Shown: in pieces, positions 59,624-64,000 of the stretch | Layout of the letters: each line of letters begins with the position of its first letter | Position numbering within the stretch: position 1 is the stretch's first letter | NCBI GenBank assembly: GCA_002269645.1 | Contig: NIVC01002559.1 | Span: 1 to 64,000, forward strand | DNA length: 64,000 nucleotides | Source of the DNA: Macrostomum lignano | Taxonomy: Eukaryota | Direction of reading: 5' to 3' | Position numbers and translations under genes: made by a program | Notes under the pieces: model-generated | What the model was told of the DNA's origin: nothing | What the model saw: only the letters and a program-made list of their open reading frames with translations | Databases searched by the model: none

Positions 59624-60166
59624 ATATTGCACGATCTTTGAGTTTTACGTCCTATTAGTCTAGAAGTCCTTGTTTAATGTATGTATGGTCATGCATGCTC
59701 GAGAGCACTTTGCTTTCAAGATTTTACGAACTTTGCTTTTAAATTTTTCACGAAGTTACCGCGCAAGTTTAAACAAAGTATAATACAGTTAAACTAGAAA
59801 GTTAAACTAAATATTGCTAAACTTGATTATCATAAAAATAAAGTGTTGACAGTCATAAATCTGTTTTTTTTACCGCGAAGTGGCAGTACCAGTGTTCATT
59901 TTTTGTTACCGAAGTGGCTGCTGTTATACATCTTAACTTTAGCCCCACTATCTAATCATAGTGTGCATCAGTGCATATGACATTGAAACTCTGTTGCTAA
60001 GTCCCTAAATCCATGTAGGGACTTAAAAAGCTCTCCTTGGAAAGTAAAAAAAAATTATCTTAGATTCTTAACTATAAGTTTTGACTTTATAGCCATTACC
60101 ACCCAACCACAACATAGGCATGGCATTGACAATCTATGTTAATACTTGAATCCTAAATATCAAGAA

Positions 60167-61293
60167 TAGGGATGTTGATTCCCTGGGGAATTTTCTTGTT
60201 GAGGACCCCAGGGAATTTACTGTCATTTCCTGGGGAGGGGACTCCTGGGAAAAGAAAAAAAGTAAAAAACAGCAGATAACTCAGATAGATCTTATTCTTA
60301 AGTGGCATTTTTAAACTTTGATTTAAGCTTTTGACTACATTTTCAAGGTGCAAGGGTAAACACTTCAATCAATGCTTATTTGAACTATTTGACAGTGGTA
60401 TCACCAAATTGTGTGTGCACCTTTGTCAAAAAGACTCTAGAGGCAGAAAATGCATGCTGAGCAGCTATGCTCATGGGAGGAACCATTAGTAGGGCCTAGG
60501 GCTAGGACATTGTATAACAATTAGATAGCAATAGCAATGGGCAATAAAAAGTGAGCAATCAGCATAAAGGGTAGGCCTATGGTACAATACAGCAGATTGG
60601 TATTGTATGCTATAGCCTAGACTAGTGCTGTCTGTTATAGCCTGATGTTGTCTATTATTATAGCCTAATGCTGTCTGTTAGAGCATTAATGCTATCTGTT
60701 GCTATCAGCTACCTACCTGCTTCCTGAATCCTGGTACTATATTATTGATCTGTTCTTGCTTCAATAGTTGTCTACTGCTTTTTTCTCTATCTGTTGCCTG
60801 CTGCTTTCAGTTGCCTTCCGCTTTTTGCTGCAGTCTGCTGCCATAATACTGTCTAGGCCCTACTGATGTCTATTGCTATCTGCTGCTAGGTATTGTTACT
60901 GTATGTCTGTATCTATTATTCCATTGCCCACTATTGCTGCTTCTGCCAATTCTTGAAAAAGTGTTGCAGCATTGCTAGCTTAGACAATGTTGCTAGACAA
61001 TGTTGCTAGACAATGTTTTATCAGAAAGAGTTCAGAGACAGGAAATGCACACTCAGCGCAGCTGCACTCGTGAGAGGAATTGAAAGTAGGACATTATATA
61101 GCAACTAGATAGCAGCAGTTATGTAATAAAAGAGTATATACAGAGTTTCAATTAGCTTTCTGTAAATCATTTTCTTATTTAAATGGCAAGAATAAAGTTA
61201 TAAAAGCATTCTTTTATATTTTTCTCACTAGGGTCCTTGGTCCTATTCCCCAGAGAATATTCCCCGACAAGTTCCCTAGGGTTGACATCCCTA
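60167..61293. mobile_element. Possible decayed hAT-like non-autonomous element
   Basis: Inverted TAGGGATGTTGATTCCCTGGGGAA / TTCCCTAGGGTTGACATCCCTA ends. The 8 bp flanks do not match. Confidence 0.35.
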
Positions 61294-62244
61294 ATGTGGG
61301 ACTTATCAATTCTCACTTTGAAACTGGCAAAATTTTTTTCTACTAGGCCTACTCTAATGGCCTAACCCTATTGAACTAATACTAATAGCTCCAAAGGTGT
61401 TTCAATTCTCAATTGAGTGGTATTACTAGATATAAGAACTAGATATAAGAAATATATATTCTTATAACCATATCCATATCTATATACAATATGCTTTGCC
61501 AAAAAACCTCTATATCTATAACTTCCTATAGCCATATCTATAGCTGACAATGAAACTCTTAATACTCTAGCTAGCATAATATAAGTATAAATAAGAACTT
61601 TAGTAATGGCCCCATGACTTGCCAATATGCATGCAAAAAGCCTATTTAAAGTTTGAAGTAAGGTTTCGCAAATAAATAACTTTGCAATGAAATTATATAA
61701 CAATAAAAAACTGGAAAAGACTTTTTAAAAAAACTTCTTATAGGCCTGAATATCTATCTGATTTTAAAAGATAATAATAAAGTATACTTTCTCTTTTTAT
61801 TTCATCAAAGGCTTATTAAACATTATAAAACATAAACAAAAATATTCTTTCCAAGTCTTAGGCCTAACCAAATTTTTATATATTGGATATACTTGAAATT
61901 TAGAGAAAATTCTAATTGTTTTCATTTTTTATTAGGTTAGCTTTTTGACTTTAGTTAGACAAGAACTTTCAATATTCTAAATTATCCTAAATCATAAGGC
62001 TTTATGAAGAAATAAAGAATTAAAGACATTAATTACAATAAAAATGTTTTTCTTTAATTCCCATATGTATTTTAGGCTTAAGTAATACTAGCTTTTAGGT
62101 ATTGACTTAAAGGTTTGGATATTTTTCCAATATTATATTAGGTTTTTTTATTGATTAATAAAGAATAAACAAGCTAAAAATGATACAATAAGTATGGAAA
62201 TCGGGTTAAAAATGAAAGATATGTAAAAACTAGGTTAAAATAAT

Positions 62245-63030
62245 GCTTAGTCTGAGTGACAAGAGTGAATGGATGCCTAGTCTGAGTGACAACAGTGAAT
62301 GGATGCCTAGTCTAAGTGACAAGAGTGAAAGTATACTTAGTCTGAGTGACAAGAGTGAAAGTATACTTAATCTAAGTGACAAGAGTGAATGGATGCCTAG
62401 TCTGAGTGACAAGAGTGAAAGTATACTTAGTCTGAGTGACAAGAGTGAAAGTATACTTAATCTAAGTGACAAGAGTGAATGGATGCCTAGTCTGAGTGAC
62501 AAGAGTGAATGGATGCCTAGTCTGAGTGACAAGAATGAAAGTATACTTAGTCTGAGTGACAAGAGTGAAAGTATACTTAATCTAAGTGACAAGAGTGAAT
62601 GGATGCCTAGTCTGAGTGACAAGAGTGAATGGGTGCCCAGTCTGTCTGAGTGACAAGAGTGAATTGGTGCCCAGTCTGTCTGAGTGACAAGAGTGAATGG
62701 GTGCCCAGTCTGAGTGACAAGAGTGAATGGGTGCCCAGTCTGTCTGAGTGACAAGAATGAATGGGTGCCCAGTCTGTCTGAGTGGCAAGAGTGAATGGGT
62801 GCCCAGTCTGAGTGACAAGAGTGAATGGGTGCCCAGTCTGTCTGAGTGACAAGAATGAATGGGTGCCCAGTCTGTCTGAGTGACAAGAGTGAATGGGTGC
62901 CCAGTCTGAGTGACAAGAGTGAATGGGTGCCCAGTCTGTCTGAGTGACAAGAATGAATGGGTGCCCAGTCTGTCTGAGTGACAAGAGTGAATGGATGCCT
63001 AGTCTGAGTGACAAGAGTGAATAGGTGCCC
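62245..63030 (+). repeat. 30/34 bp minisatellite TCTGAGTGACAAGAGTGAATGGATGCCTAG
   Basis: About 25 tandem copies; the variant type shifts from left to right. Confidence 0.93.
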
Positions 63031-63435
63031 TGTCTGTAGGTTAATTTTCTGACTGGTACCAGTGGTACCTATTGTCATGCTCATAAAACAATAAAACAGT
63101 TTTATAGTTTTGCTTGTGGCTGCTAGCAAGATTAAAGCTCTAGATTCTTGTTCATCTTCTTACTTTTACGTTTCTGTTCTAACAGGAAATTGCAATCTTT
63201 TTCCGCTTCGAAGGCAGCCCACCTGATATAAACTGTTGCTAAAATTAGTAACTGAATCGAAGCCTCTCTCCTATGCAACGATGTTCTATTTTTAGAACAT
63301 GAAACTAAAATCTTAAGCACAGTTTTGATATAATACAGTGGGTGAACTCAATTCATGCTTCAGTTGTGAGCCTAAATAAGCCGCAGTCTAATTTTCTAGC
63401 TTGAGCTCAATTTCAAATCTGAAGAAAGTTATTAA

Positions 63436-63663
<228 letters not shown>

Positions 63664-63685
63664 TGAGCTGTGGCCTGTGTCACAT

Positions 63686-64000
63686 ATCTACCTCACTGTC
63701 TCCCCCATCTACCTCACTGTCTCCCCTTTCTACCTCACTGTCTCCCCCATCTACCTCACTGTCTCCCCTATCTACTTCACTGTCTCCCCTATCTACTTCA
63801 CTGTCTCCCCCATCTACCTCACTGTCTCCCCTATCTACCTCACTGTCTCCCCCATCTACCTCACTGTCTCCCCTTTCTACCTCACTGTCTCCCCCATCTA
63901 CCTCACTGTCTCCCCTATCTACTTCACTGTCTCCCCTATCTACTTCACTGTCTCCCCCATCTACCTCACTGTCTCCCCTATCTACCTCACTGTCTCCCCC
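63686..64000 (+). repeat. 21 bp intronic minisatellite CTACCTCACTGTCTCCCCCAT
   Basis: Tandem copies run to the window end. Confidence 0.95.

Larger units (their letters stand above)
40560..59672. mobile_element. Outer DNA transposon with ~250 bp TIRs, CAAGG..CCTTG termini and an 8 bp TSD (P- or hAT-like), inflated to 19.1 kb by nested insertions
   Basis: The left TIR 40560-40810 is the reverse complement of 56570-59672 once the LINE and solo LTR are removed. TTTAATGT lies directly outside both ends (40552-40559, 59673-59680). Confidence 0.8.

Overview
Repeat-dominated animal genomic window with spliced genes, GT-AG introns and (TTAGGG)n-type repeats. The style resembles a flatworm such as Macrostomum, but that is inference only. 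(1) 1-20640 is a head-to-tail array of nine 1.5-2.8 kb non-coding units that starts upstream of the window. The junctions look like Helitron 3' hairpin/5' TC ends, and every unit carries a short (CCCTAA)n tract. (2) 21-36 kb holds many different minisatellites around six minus-strand exons of an ORP1/ORP2-like oxysterol-binding protein gene whose 3' exons I could not find. (3) 36775-37710 is a two-exon orphan gene. (4) 40560-59672 is a 19.1 kb nested transposon. The outer element has ~250 bp TIRs and an exact 8 bp TSD. It contains a MITE, a PHD-FLYWCH-MULE transposase element, a young Ty3/gypsy element (gag, -1 frameshift, lesioned pol, non-Env third ORF), a 5'-truncated RTE-like LINE and a solo LTR. 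(5) The first coding exon of Cdc42 is at 63448-63662. All alignments were done by eye, with no database searches. Most ORFs in the supplied track are artefacts of repeats.
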